A stretch of 64,000 nucleotides of DNA from Peribolospora baueri. Its lineage: Eukaryota. The translations under genes were made by a program, and so were the position numbers. Below are positions 1 to 15,126 of this stretch, one piece after another (within the stretch, counting starts at the first letter, position 1; every line of letters begins with the position of its first letter). The DNA lies in contig JAMDHS010000023.1 of assembly GCA_029717555.1 (NCBI GenBank), forward strand, positions 124,001 to 188,000. Reading direction: 5' to 3'. The notes under the pieces were generated by a model. It worked only from the letters and a program-made list of their open reading frames with translations, did not search any database and was not told where the DNA came from.

Positions 1-574
1 TGGCTTGATGCAGGCCTTCCGGCCACTTGCCGCTTTCCGCTTGCTCGCTTGCTCGCTGTTGACATCGGCGACGTGTATATTCCATCACCTTTCAAAGTCT
101 AGGTAGGACACGGTGCATTGGCCTACTACGCAGGCACGCAGGAAGGCAGGCAGGCAGGCAGTGTGGATCCTGCCAAAAGCTTGGATGAAGGCGGGCGGGC
201 GGGCGGACCCACCCGGACTCTGACGGACGTTCGGGCACGTTCGTTGTAGCTACGGGGATGTCGTATTGGGGGAAAGAGCAGAGAAGGGAACGGGGAAGGA
301 AGGCGGTCGGTGAAGAAAGAAACATATGTACGCGTTGGAAAGCAAGCCTGAAGCAGATAGGTTGAAAACGAAGGCGTAGGGCAGGAGGGGAGGTAAGGCG
401 GGAGAAAAGAAGTGGGGAAACCAGGGATGCGAGCCGTAACCGAACAGAACCGTGACGAGCCGAGCGGATGTCGGGCCTTGCCTTCTTCCTACCATCCCGT
501 CGGACAACACCGACCTGCCGCTAACCACCCATGAGATGCCAAACGACGACCGCGAGCGACCGAGGCAAGAGGGC

Positions 575-1610
575 CTACGGGGCTCCGCCGTACCTTGCCT
601 TGCGACCAATGTCGAAAGGGATGTAACGATACTTGATCATATGCTTGATCTGCCGGCGCATGGTGAGGGCGAAGAGGAGGCAAAAGTAGATGAGGAGGAT
701 GGGCCAGTAGACGGGGACGTTGGTTGCCTCCGTTATGGTGCAAACGATGGAAATGAGCGTTGCTCGAGTTGCAGACAACCTGTGGAAGGGAGGGCAAAGA
801 ACGAGAAGAGTACGGGTGGCGAAAAGAAAAGCAATCCGTCAGTCGAATGACTCGGCAGCCGACGATGCGAAACGGAAACGGGGGAGCCCACCAGAACTAA
901 AACCCGATGGAAGCGCGGATATGAGAGGAAGGTCAGGACAGGGTGGATAAAGGGGGGAGCAAGTCAGCACCGTAAGCGCCCGCTGCCGAGCAGACCCGAC
1001 GGTCGCCATCCCGTTCCATTGCACCATCATGTCTGCCAATGTTTGCCACTGACCTTAAACTCGGGCAACCTGCGGATGAACGGTCTGAACTCCTCGTCCT
1101 TGGCCGAGCTGGGCAACCCGGGGGCGCCCTCTTCGACGTCCTCGGCCGCGAGGTCGGCCTCGAGGGAAGGGTCGAACTTGGGAGAGAGGAAGGCGAGGAA
1201 GAGGTTGAGGAGGTAGATGCCAAGGGCGTAGCAGACTAGATAGACGGGCAGGTCATGTCCATGGTCATGTTGATCAGAAAACGGTCGGGTACTCGGTAAA
1301 AAAAAGAAAAGAAAGAAGAATGCGGCTGCAACGCCACCGCGGCAGGGATCCGTGCGCGCCTGAAGGAACGGGCGAAAAGATGGCCACGGAGCTCACCGAT
1401 GTACCATCCCTGCGAAAAAAGAATCCTGAGGAGGAAAAGGAAGAGCAAGGCGCCAAAGCTGGTCCACCGATAGAGGACATGGGGCACGGTGCGGTCGAGA
1501 TAGACCTGGAACTGCTGTTGGAGGCGGCTGGTGTGGGCGAAGAAGGCCTCGGCCGGGTTTTCGTCGAAGCCGAGTCCATCGTCGGGTCTACCGTCGTCTG
1601 CGCGCATCAT
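575..1610 (-). CDS. RER1: Rer1 ER-retrieval receptor (multi-exon)
   Basis: Spliced exons give [27 protein letters not shown] / [40 protein letters not shown] / FW / [43 protein letters not shown], all Rer1 hallmarks. Confidence 0.95.
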
Positions 1611-1804
1611 CTTGGGCGGCGGTGAGGAAGGGGGTATAGGAAGCGCGGGAGGCGGAGAGGAGAAGGGAAGGAAACGGAGGCGAGGACGGAGATGGCAAAA
1701 ATAAACGCTTCGTGGTACGCTTGCGCTCTCTCTCGCTCTCGCTGGCCAGGCCAGGTACAACACGTCGCCGTCTCGAAGGTCGGGCTGCGGCGACGCCAGC
1801 TGGC

Positions 1805-1813
1805 GCACGTGAT
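1805..1813. promoter_or_regulatory. RTCACGTGC E-box (Cbf1/CDEI-like) in the RER1/PRB1 divergent promoter
   Basis: GCACGTGAT on plus strand; same motif in three other divergent promoters. Confidence 0.5.
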
Positions 1814-2440
1814 CGGTCGGAGAGGGTAGGGTTACCGGCTGGCCGGTGTCTGCGCAATCCACCCGTCCATCCGCATGCGGAACGGCTTGCTACCAATCGG
1901 GTATGATCGTGGGCACATTACGACATGTCGGACATACGCGGCCATACCGTGGACCGACGGTGGGCAGTGCTGAGCCGTGGAAGAAGAGGCGGGAGAACGC
2001 TTAGGACAAGGGGGCTGCATGTAGCTAGAACGCACGCGGACCGCTCCATTCGATGAGAGAAGAGAAGAGAGCGCGACTTGCTCAACGTCTTGCTTGCCTT
2101 GCCTTGCCTTGCTGTCTCTCACAAATGGGTCAAGGCCTGCTGCGGCGAGGGGATGTTGTCGGTCGGCCAGCCCCGCATACGCCGGCGTGTCGTCATGTGG
2201 CGAGTTGCCGCAGCGGGACCCGGGCTAGGCTTATCAGCTCACGCGAGCCATCGTCGGTCGTCGGTCGTCGACTTGTCTGTCTGTCTGCCCCCTTTCTGTC
2301 GCCGTCGTCGTCTCAACCACCACCACCATCCACACCACACCAACCACACACCAACCACACACCCTCGCTATCTTCTTTTCTTTTCTCGTTTGTTTCTCTT
2401 TCTGACGCATCGTCGTCGCCACCCCGCTCGGCATCCAGCC

Positions 2441-4347
2441 ATGCTCCCCGCCCGCTTCCTCGCCCTCGTCGGCGCCACCCTCTCCTTCGGCGCCGCCGCC
2501 GTCCTCGCCTCGCCTCTTGCGCCGCCCATCGCTCATCGGCGCTCCGCTGACGGCGGCGACGTTGCCCCCCTCTCCACCCCCGAGGGCACCGAATCCATCC
2601 CCGACAGCTACATCGTCGTCTTCAAGCAGGGTACCCCCTCGAGCGTCGTCGACGACCACCACTCCGCCCTAGACTTTGCCCACCGCCAGGATCTCACCTC
2701 CCGTCGCCAGCTCCTCCCCGACGGCGACGCCTCCTTCCTTGACGCCTTCACCGGTCTCGGTCACAAGTACGACATCCCCGGCACCTTCCTCGGCTACTCC
2801 GGCAAGTTCACCCCTGACGTCCTTGAATTCATCCGCCGCCAGCCCGAGGTCGAGTACGTCGAGCGTGACTCCAAGGTGTGGACGCAGGAGATCCGCGATC
2901 CCGAGCAAGGCTACGGATCCATGATCTGGGATACGCCCGTGTCCACCAGCGATGTCGAGAACGGCGCCCCTTGGGTGAGTCGGCTGCCCGGTGCTGCCCT
3001 GTTGGGCAAGGCCGATCGATCGATCACTGGACGCGCCCCGGCCAGCGCTGACCTTCGCCTCTGTTTCGGTCGCGCTTGTTACAGGGTCTTGCCCGCATTT
3101 CGCACCGCAAGCCGCTTTCGTTCGGCACCTTCAACAAGTACCTCTTCGACCACCACGGCGGCGAGGGCGTCACCGCTTACGTCATCGACACCGGCGTCAA
3201 CATCGATCACGTCGAGTTCCAGGGCCGCGCCAAGTGGGGCAAGACCATCCCTCAGGGTGACACAGACAACGACGCCAACGGCCACGGCACTCACTGCGCT
3301 GTACGTCATCGCGCCCATTTTGGGGGCCGCACGTTCTACACATGTACGCTCACCCCCTTTTCCTCTTTGACAGGGCACCATCGCTTCGCGCGCCTACGGC
3401 GTCGCCAAAGCTGCTCAGGTCGTCGCCGTCAAGGTGCTCGGCTCGAACGGCTCGGGTTCCATGTCCGACGTCGTCGCCGGCGTCGCCTGGGCCGTCGACG
3501 ACGCGCTCGCCAAGGCCGCCTCGTACCTACGCAACCCAAACAGCGCGGAGGCCAAGAAGCATAAGGGCTTCGTTGCCAACATGAGCCTCGGTGGCGGCAA
3601 GTCTGAGACGCTTGAAAAGGTCGTCAACGCCGCCGTCGACAAGGGCCTTCACTTTGCCGTCGCCGCCGGAAACGAGAACAGCGACGCATGCAAGACGTCT
3701 CCCGCCGGCGCTGACAAGCCCATCACGGTGGGCGCGTCGACGATCAACGACGAGAGGGCGTACTTCTCCAACATCGGCAGCTGCGTCGACGTCTTCGCCC
3801 CCGGCCTCTCGATTCTGTCGACGTGGACCGGAGGCAACAAGACGACGAACAAGATCTCCGGCACTTCCATGGCCTCGCCTCACGTCTGCGGTCTTCTCGC
3901 GTACTTGCTGAGCATCTACCCGTCGGCCGAGTTCAACCCCGTCCTCGATAAGCAAGAGCCCGTGCTCGAGTCCGCCGAAGGGTCGACGACGAGCGTCTGG
4001 ACGCGTCTCTGGCAGCTGGCCGTCGGCCAACTCAGCTTCCTCAATGGCTTCGGCGGCGAGTCCTTCTTGCTCCCCAACGTCGCCCCCGTCCCCAAGCCCC
4101 CTTCGAAGCTGCCCAGCGCCATGACCCCCAAGGACCTCAAGGCCGCGCTCGTCCAGCTTTCCTCGAAGGACATACTCACTGACATCAACTCGGACACGCC
4201 CAACTTGCTCGGTGAGTAGTCGCGACCCCGACGTTTGCGGCCATCGCTCGCCCGTCGCCCGTTCTTAACATTTTTTTTCGTTTCCTCCGCGCGGCTTCCT
4301 TTCGCATAGTCTTCAACAATGCCACCATGCCCGCGAAGAAGCATTGA
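2441..4347 (+). CDS. PRB1: Vacuolar subtilisin-like serine protease (S8, protease B/cerevisin-like) with I9 prodomain
   Basis: Signal peptide MLPARFLALVGATL; I9 propeptide (SYIVVFK..VEYVERD); catalytic triad motifs YVIDTG, NGHGTHCAGT, ISGTSMASPHVCG; 3 introns. Confidence 0.93.
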
Positions 4348-5067
4348 GGGTACCCCCGCCCAACCACCCGTCTGATTCGATCCCATCTCGACGATTCGTC
4401 GCTGTGGAGATCCGGCTTTTAACACGAGCCCACTTCCTTCCCGTTTTTGAAGTTTCTACATACACACGTGCAGCCCGGTTCCGATTTGTCCCTTGTCCAT
4501 CCGTCCATCCATCCATTCTTTTCATCCTCGTCCTTCCCACCTCCTCATGTAGCATCGTCAATGTCCTCGAGAATCCACAGAGTTTAGAAGAGAAAGAGAC
4601 GCGAGCGAGTGTGGCCTGGATGGAACGCAGGCGTTGGGGTGGTTGTGACTGTCTTTTTAAAAAGGCGACGAGGCCCCGTCTTTGCCCGCATGAACTGGGG
4701 TTCCGGTCGCACTCGTTCAGCTTGTCTTTTACGATGCGAAAAAAGATCTTTGTTAAGGACAGGACGGGTACAAGATAGGGTAGGTAGGATGGGATGCGCG
4801 GCTGACGTGCTTATGCTTGTGCTTGTTTCTTTTTTTCTTTCGCCGGTCGTATAGGGGACGAGAAGAGGTCTGCAGGCCGACGAGACGACGACAAGGCAAA
4901 AATACAAAGAAAGGAACTTGCTTGCTTGTGGCTAGGACGTAGGATGGGGAGGGGCGATGGATGGCTGCTGCGACGACGAACGAGTGGAGTTTTGAGGGGA
5001 AGGCCGTCCCGAGTTCCGTTTCGTCTCGTTTCGGGTCGAAGGCGCGGCACGGCGCGGCGCGGCGAGG

Positions 5068-6306
5068 TCAAGCCAGGTAGTGAACCTCGGGGACGATCTT
5101 GAATCTCATCTCAGCGCCCCTCTGTCCTACCCCGTCCTTGGTGAACTGGTACGACTCTGCCCAAGGTGCGGGGGCTGGGGAAGCTGTGGTGGAGGACGGG
5201 GTTGCGGTGCGCTTGCGGCTGGACGTGAGGAGGATGGCGAGGACGAGGAGGAGGAAGGCGAGGGCGGTCCAGATGAGGTGGAAGGCGGTGCCGACGGTCA
5301 GCACGAGAGCGTCCTCGAGGAGACCGTGCCAGATCGAGTCAAAGGCGTTGACGGTCTTGCCGATGACGATGCGCAATGCTACAGCTGAGCCGAGGAGGAG
5401 GGTCCAGCCGAAAAGGAGGACGGCGACGGCGAGCTTTGTATAGAGGCGTAAGTGCTGGCCGGCCCTGCTGTCCGGAGCTGGGGACCATATGCGGGGGGAA
5501 GGGGAGAGGTGCGGGAGGGAGGAGGCGAGGTGGAGGAAGAAGGAGAGCGAGATGGCGAGGAGGGAGATGAAGAGGACGATCGACGAGCCGCGCGGGACGC
5601 TCGTCGGTAGCCGGGACGAGATGGAGGTAGACAGGCCTGAAAAGTCGAATTTCGGCTCGAAGCTCGGAGGCGTGCAGCGCACAGTCTCGCCTTGGGCCGA
5701 GCGGTAGCACGAGCCCAGTGGACCGATCCACAAGCCGCGGCCTTTCTGCACCAAAGCCAGCTCCGCCGTCCTGACGGCATTCAATGCGGTCAATTGCTCA
5801 GCGCCGTCGTCGACGAGCAGAGCGGCGCGCGCTTTGGGTGAATCTCCGCCACCGCCAACGGTCCGGGCGAGCACTCGCCGGCTGTTCACGGCATGCTCCT
5901 CTGTCGTGCCGGCATGCGAACCCGATTCTCCGTCGAGAGTGTGCTCCTCAGTGGTGCCGACATGCAGCGTGGAGGCGTCAAAGACGCGACGCTTCTCCGA
6001 ACCACCTTCCTCGGCCTTCTTGACGAGGGGCACAAGACCGCTCTTGGAGATGCTAAGACCCAGTCCGCCGTTGAGAATATGCTCCTCCGTCGTGCCGATG
6101 TGCAACGTCGAGGGGTCAAAGATACGGCGTGGGCGGACAAGCTCCCGCTCGAACAGCGAACTGGTGTTGGTTGAATTGGCGACCACCTGAAGGAGCGAGA
6201 CGGAAGTGTGGAAGGTGCGAGTGGGAGAAGTGAGGGCGAAAGTGACGAGGAGAACGGAGGTGAGATGGAGGAGGAGGGGAAGGACGCGGGTGAAGATGGG
6301 CCACAT
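5068..6306 (-). CDS. Four-TM membrane protein, SUR7/PalI (claudin-like) superfamily candidate, with internal peptide repeats
   Basis: Intronless 412-aa ORF; N-terminal hydrophobic helix, long loop ending in GLWIGPLGSC-x10-C, then three hydrophobic helices; TATATA element upstream at about 6530. Confidence 0.65.
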   Translation of the reverse strand: MWPIFTRVLPLLLHLTSVLLVTFALTSPTRTFHTSVSLLQVVANSTNTSSLFERELVRPRRIFDPSTLHIGTTEEHILNGGLGLSISKSGLVPLVKKAEEGGSEKRRVFDASTLHVGTTEEHTLDGESGSHAGTTEEHAVNSRRVLARTVGGGGDSPKARAALLVDDGAEQLTALNAVRTAELALVQKGRGLWIGPLGSCYRSAQGETVRCTPPSFEPKFDFSGLSTSISSRLPTSVPRGSSIVLFISLLAISLSFFLHLASSLPHLSPSPRIWSPAPDSRAGQHLRLYTKLAVAVLLFGWTLLLGSAVALRIVIGKTVNAFDSIWHGLLEDALVLTVGTAFHLIWTALAFLLLVLAILLTSSRKRTATPSSTTASPAPAPWAESYQFTKDGVGQRGAEMRFKIVPEVHYLA

Positions 6307-7105
6307 GACGATGCGTCTTAGTCTCCCTGCTGGCGATGAAAGCGGCCTGCCGAAGATGGTGTTGAGCGAGGAATATGAAACCAGAAAGAGCGAGGAAATG
6401 ATAGAGGTGATGGAGCGGCCCTGCCGTCAACCAGTCAACCAGCAAACCGAGAAGAGCCCTGTGAGGAGAATGAAAGTGTGGAATGAAGTTGGGGTGGGAG
6501 GAGACGAGCTCGTAGACGCATCGAAGAGCTATATAAGTACCCGACTTGGTTCAAAGGAGCGAGAAGCAGGAAGGGGTCTGGATGAGTGGACAAAGGGGAA
6601 CGGTGACATCGCCTGGTCAGCGACCTAATCAGCGTCGCCATCGTCACCCTCGCCGCCGTTCCGGGCTCAGGACAATGACGGGCTCAGAGCATGCCCTGGA
6701 GTGACGTTCTGAAGGTGCCCACGCCGTCGTGTACACGAAGGAGGGGTCATGCTCATGTAGTGAAGACAAGCCCTTGGCCGAGGGCATCGACAACGTCGTC
6801 GTCCGCCAACAGAGCGAGAACAAAACCTGCGGTTACGATACTGTCGACTGCGGCCGTCTCGGAATAACCCTTACGCGCGCATTATAGGGTTCCCTTTAAC
6901 CACTTTGGCCGTCAGCCCCCTCGCATCCTTTCAATTCCGCGATTCGTGGTATTCGATCCAAGTCAAGTAGAAAGTAATGCAGAGGACGTCAGCGCTCCCT
7001 CTCTCGGAGACGCTCGAACCCAGTTACGTATATGTTCAATTCCAGAACGGTTTCCTTTCCTTTCCCTTCCTTCCCCTCGGCCCGGCCTGCCCTGCCTGTT
7101 ACCCT

Positions 7106-9750
7106 TCAGCTCGTCAACAGCTCCGCCACCTTGCGCTGGTTGACCTTCAGCTTCTCGTTCTCGAGCTCGAGCTTACGAATGACGGCGTCTCGCTCAGCGA
7201 GCTGGGCCTTGAGGTTATCAACCTCTCGCTGCAAACTCGCCGACGACTACCAGACGGCGGGAACAAGAGTGGATAGAGCAGAAGCCAGGCAGAGGAAGCG
7301 TCAGCGTGATGTCCTGATTAAGGAAACTTGCAAGAAACTCACCCCGACAGACGATCCATTCGCTGCTTCTTTAAGAGCAGCAAGCGTACTTCCGCTCTCC
7401 TGCGGCGGTAACGCGCTGACCGCGGAAACCGCGGAGGCAGGTGTAGGGGTCGCCACCGGAGGCTGCGCGGGAGAAGCGGCAGGAGCGGCAGCGGCAGCGG
7501 GTGCAGGGGCAAGAGCGCTGGCCGTCGGGGTCGGCGCAAGGAGAGGGCTAGCGCTACGAGGAGAGTTGCCCTGGCTTGTCGACGGCGCACCGGCAGTGGC
7601 GTTGATGGGAGCGAGCTTGGGCGCCTCGGTGGGTTTGCTCGCGACACTGGAGCCGGTGTCGAAGTGAAAGAGGTTCGGTGTAGCCGTCTTACCAGCAAAG
7701 AACTCGTCGGCGGTGAGCGCCGGGACGGAAGAAGGAGCAGGTGGGAAGATGTCTGACTGGAAAGTCTCGGCACGACGGGGCACGATGAAGGAGATCGGTT
7801 CGATGAGGCTGATGACCAACAAGGGGAATAGAAGAAAATGCAATATTCGTTCGAAGTCAGCCTCCCCAGACTGCTCTGTCAAACTAGGAGTTATGTTAAG
7901 GAGCCACTCACTTTCCGGTACACTTGTACGCCCGGGCAATCTCATTTTCGTTAAAGTTGACGGCGCGTCGTGGGACGAAGCCCATGCCTCGCTGCGGGTC
8001 AGAGCTCTTGTACTCGCTAAGGTAGTACAGGTCGTCATTCTCCAGTTCGTAGTATCGGATGTTGCCATCACTGCGAAGGCAAGGTCGTCAAAAGACAAAG
8101 AGGCATCTCAGTCGTATCAAGAGGAACTAGAGACGTTCAAAAGAGCAAAATGCTTACCCCTTGCCAGCTGATTATTGCGAGAGAAGGGGCAGATGAGAAA
8201 AATTAGCCCCCATCGCAGCCATCTCCGCTGACTGTCTCAACTAGCCGCGACTCACCAAGGAAGACGATGTTATTATCGCTCCAGAAAGGCATAGTGACAC
8301 CCGAGCTAGTGTCTAGGGTGACGGACTTCAAGGGCTTGCTGATGTTGCCCGAGTCCCAGAGGAAGAGCTGACGGTCGCTCATCTTGCTGAACCCCGTGGT
8401 GACGATGCGATCCAAGTTACCGCACCAAGCTACGCGGGCGCCCTTGATGCCTCCGTGGCCCTCGGAAACCTGTACGTGCCCGCCAGACGTGCGCGTGTCG
8501 AAGAGTCGGAACTTGCGGTCGCGGCAAGTCGCGGCGAGGAGGGAGCCCGTCCAGTTGAAGGAGAGAGACTGGATAGTGTCGGTGAAGCCGGAGAGCGAGA
8601 CGGGCGAGGTGGACTTCTCGATGTCCCAAAGTCGGATGATGTGGTCGCCGCCCGCTGTCGCGAGGACGTTCGCCGCGGTGGGATGGAACAAAACATGGCC
8701 GATTTTCCTGTCGGTGGTCGACGCCGAGCAGAACGTTCAAAAACATCCAACAGACGCGAGCAGCAGTTCCTCAATCGGGTGGGCGTTGCACAAACACCAG
8801 CCATGGGGAGCGTGCGAAAGGCACTCCTTCCAAACAAGAGCTCACCTGCCACCACCTCCAAGCTTCCCAGTCGGTGCGAGATCCTGGGCTTCCGTCTTAG
8901 GCTTTTGCGCGCCAGGAGGTCCCTCCTTCTCATCAAGCTGGTCGAAGATGTGCTCGTCGATCTTCCACAGTAAGGCGCTACCATCCTCCGAACCAGAGGC
9001 GACAAGATCGTCGTCGAAGGGCGACCAGCTTGTGTCGAGCACCGGGGCCGTATGTCCTCGGCAGAGAGGGAAGACGTCCGGGAGCTTGCCTACTCGGGAT
9101 TGAGGTATCACCGCAAAGGCGCCGCCTCCCGAAGCTTGCCAGTTGACGGCGATGTATTTCTATTGGAGGAGCAACGCGGCAATGGGTTAGAATAGGAGCT
9201 CACAAACTGATCAGAGGCACGAATCGACTGAACCTACCGAGTTGGCCGTTACAAGGTTGGTGTCCCAAGCTAGTGCCGTCGCAACGCAGACCCAGTGAAG
9301 CAGACCAAAATCGTCTCAGCCTCATCTTCGGCGCCAAACGTCTTCCTTCAGCGATGAGCAAAGCGACGACTTACCATTGGCGGACACCTACACAATGCCG
9401 ACATGAACCGATTGGGTCGAAGACGATCGGATTAGCGAGAACAGCCCCGTCCCGCCTAGCCTGACTTTCCATTGCAAGCCGGCCATCATCCCGTCGATTA
9501 TCCGCCATTCCTCCTCCCCTAACCTACCTTGACGTTATCATAGCTGGCCTCCTTCTTCGCAGGCGCCCCATAGACGTGCCTGCAGGTGCAAGTTTGCCAG
9601 AGAAGGTTACAGATCGCGTTACTCAACCCGCTGACTCAGGGCCGGCTGGCCCGGCAAGAAACGTGGAACCATGCCTCATCACGCAAGGTGCATCCAGGCG
9701 GGCAGGTTAGATACTCGCCTGTACTTCGAAGGTCGGACGAAGCGACTCAT
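7106..9750 (-). CDS. CRN1: Coronin (actin-binding WD40 protein)
   Basis: MSRFVRPSKYRHVYG, VSANAWDTNL, AVNWQASGGGAFAV, GHTAPVLDT, AGKGDGNIRYYE, IEPISFIVPRRAETFQSDIFPP, C-terminal coiled coil. Confidence 0.95.
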
Positions 9751-10311
9751 GATGGCTGCGCTATCGACTTGAAACTAGCCGTCTCTTCCTGGTCGCCTAT
9801 CCAAGCTGACCTTAGCCTGAGCTGTTCTGAAGAGTGCTAAGCAGTGCGATGCGAGGGGTTGCGATGCGGTGGCAGTTGGTATGGAGGAAGTGCTCCCAGT
9901 TGGATACTAGGTTTCCAGGGCGAGGAAGAAGGAAGGCGAAGGTGGTAACCGAGGTCGGGCGATGGGCTGGAGCTGACTGCTGCGGCAAGTAGCGCCTTCG
10001 AATGATGAGCTGGACGGCGTCCACCCGACCAAATAAAATTCTCGGGGCCGTCGTTGCTTCTTCGGCGACGACCATCACGCTCGCTGGCCTTCACACATGA
10101 CATGACCTTCGCATGAGCTCGGAGATGGCGCCATATTGACACGCCGAGGTGATGTCCTCTCACATCAGCGCCTTCCCCTCGAAGCACACGTCAACGGACG
10201 GGTTGGTCGTGAAATGTCCGCTTTTCATTCCATGATCACTACAGGCAGAAAGCCACTCCATCTGCCCTTTCTCCGCTCTTCGCATTTCGACGACGCCCCC
10301 GTAGACCGATC

Positions 10312-12018
10312 TCAGAACCGCTTCAAGTTCTTGTTCCTCTGCCACGTCCTGAACGCGACGAACGCGAGGCCCACGATGGCTAGGATGAAGACCCACTTGA
10401 TCAAGGTGAAGATGAACGAGAAAAAGCTGCCCATGACGGATCCCGATTCGCTGGATCGGCCGCGAGCTGCAGCGCGCGCCGCCTCTTCGCGCAGCTCCGA
10501 GGTCGTCTTAGCGCGGTAGACGATGTTAGAGGTGGTCACGGAGACGACGTCGTGGGCGTCTGAGACATCGCCTGTGATGGCGGAGAAACCTAGGAAGGGG
10601 TTCGTGGGGATGGTGATGTTGTAGATGGTGCTGATAAGAGACCGAAAGAACAGAGCACAGAAGGGTCACTTGACGTCGGCTACGGTCTGAATCCTCACTG
10701 TCGACCGTGGAGCCGCTAGCACTCACAAGCAGTTGTCCCACTGATCCCAATCCTTGTAGTGAATATCGAGCTGTCAAATCGAGACGCAAGGACTCAGACG
10801 TCAACCTTAATAGGGGTCGTCAAAAAAAGAAGCTCACCGAGAGCGAGGTGCCTTTAAGGTAGGTTAGCCTGGCCTTGGTGGCCACTTTCGCTCGTCGGAT
10901 ATCGAGAGAGCAGGCGCCGATTTCGTTCTTAGCGCCATCCTTGCCGCCGTCGTACGAGGCATGGCCATCGCCCATCATTGCCATGATCCGCGGGAAGGAG
11001 TAGGACTTCCAAAAGGAGAGCAAAGGGAAGGCCCAGTCAGGACAATGACCAAGCAATTGATCACGGCCTGGTGCGGTAGCTCACATGTCTCGAGTTAGGG
11101 CTGTGATCAGGTCAATGGAGAGCATCATGGGCCGCCGTAAGCATTCCTCCATCACCACTATTGATAAAAGCCGGTGTAACTAGTTGCACGTAGCAATATT
11201 AGACAACTTACTAAGTGTCGAAGAAGATTCCCAACCCCGTAAACCCGTCGATCGAGCCGAACACCGGACCAGGTCGAGCGCGCTCCTTCGTCAACCACAT
11301 TGCCATCCTGACCAGGGCAAACACAAGTGAAATAAAATTGGAGGGCATGTGTCAAAACAGCCCAACTCCAGGTCATGCAGGCAGCAGAGAGACCACGACA
11401 CGTACCCATCACCATGGAGCGAGCTGCTCTTACCGTCAATCTTGAACTCGACCACGATCTCAAAGTTGGGTGGCGTCAGCACGAGCCGCGACCAGAGCCA
11501 GCCCATCTGGGAAGGCTTGTCCTGCGTGAGGCGGATATCTGAGGCAAAGGAAAAAATAAAGGTTGGACGTGGCATGCCGGACCGCGTAAAGACGTGTCAG
11601 GTAGTCATCAAGATTAGGAGACCGCGACTTGCCGCCATAACTCACGTCGGTTCGTATCGACGATAGCATCTCCTCCGAAGTCGAAGTAACGGTTTTGAAG
11701 GTTGCTATCAACGTACGCTGATTGTATGAAAGACGCAAGCGGATAAGGAGAAAGCTTGAGTTGATCGCTCGCACGAGCCGGGAAGACCCAGAAGCAGCTC
11801 ACGAGCGTAGATGGAGTGGGTGCGAAGTCTACGAGGACAACGGAACAACGGTAAAAGTCAGACCCGGCTCTGTCTCGCCCTGCCTATGCTTCCATGTCCG
11901 GCTACATTGACACTCACGGGACGACAGCGTCGCTCTTGCCCTTCTGAGCTGCGACGCCAGCGAAACAGCCCACCACAAGTGCCAGCACGGCGCACGTCCA
12001 CGCCTTGGCAGGCCACAT
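10312..12018 (-). CDS. L-type (legume-like) lectin cargo receptor, VIP36/LMAN2-like
   Basis: Signal peptide MWPAKAW..; LRTHSIYAPYVDSNLQNRYFDFGGDA, IRLTQD..GWLWSR, LHGDG, YLGFSAITGDVSDAHDVVSV; C-terminal TM and tail KNLKRF. Confidence 0.9.
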
Positions 12019-12215
12019 TGTCTTCGGAGTGCCTTTTCCTGACGATGACTTCGCGCGGCAAACAGGAAATGAAGCAAAGGGAGGAAACAGAAAGGGAGCG
12101 CGGTCAAGGCAGGTCGGCAAGGGTCGTCCAGAAGAGCGATACGTCGGTGCCGCCTCCAGTTTCGCTCCAGAAGGATGCTCTTAGGTTAGCTGATGGGCAC
12201 AGTGCCGTTCGTCAC

Positions 12216-12224
12216 GCACGTGAC
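12216..12224. promoter_or_regulatory. RTCACGTGC E-box in the lectin/MYST divergent promoter
   Basis: GCACGTGAC on plus strand. Confidence 0.5.
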
Positions 12225-12322
12225 CAATTCCCACGATCGGTGCGAGAATAAAAGTACACATGAGAACATCCTTCTAATCGAGCATGTAATAATACCTGCG
12301 AAGGAAGGACGTGTCTGATCCG

Positions 12323-14705
<2,383 letters not shown>

Positions 14706-15126
14706 GAGCCATTGCATGTTGGATTCGATCGGGAATCTGGTGTCAGGGTGTGTTCATAAAAGAGGAGGCTGCGGCGATCGCATGTGGGGTAAGATTGCGT
14801 GCTGGTGGCGCGAACTGGCGATGGACGACCGATTGCGCAACCATCGTCACCGTCGTCGCCTGCGCGGATGATCCCGATGCCGCACGTTCTCCTTCGCGGC
14901 TTTGGTAGATGATGTGATTTCAAAGGTCTGGCGTATCGGCAACTCGCTTCCTCGGTCGACCTACGTACGAAGTTAATGTATCGACAGACGTGCGCCGCGC
15001 AGGACCGACGCTCGTGACAGGCCGGGTGAAGCGCTGACGGTATAATAAGGAAGGATTCTCTCCGCATCGTCGGCCCCCTTCACGCAGCTACAGCCGTATC
15101 CCATCCTTTCCAGGACTAACGCAATC

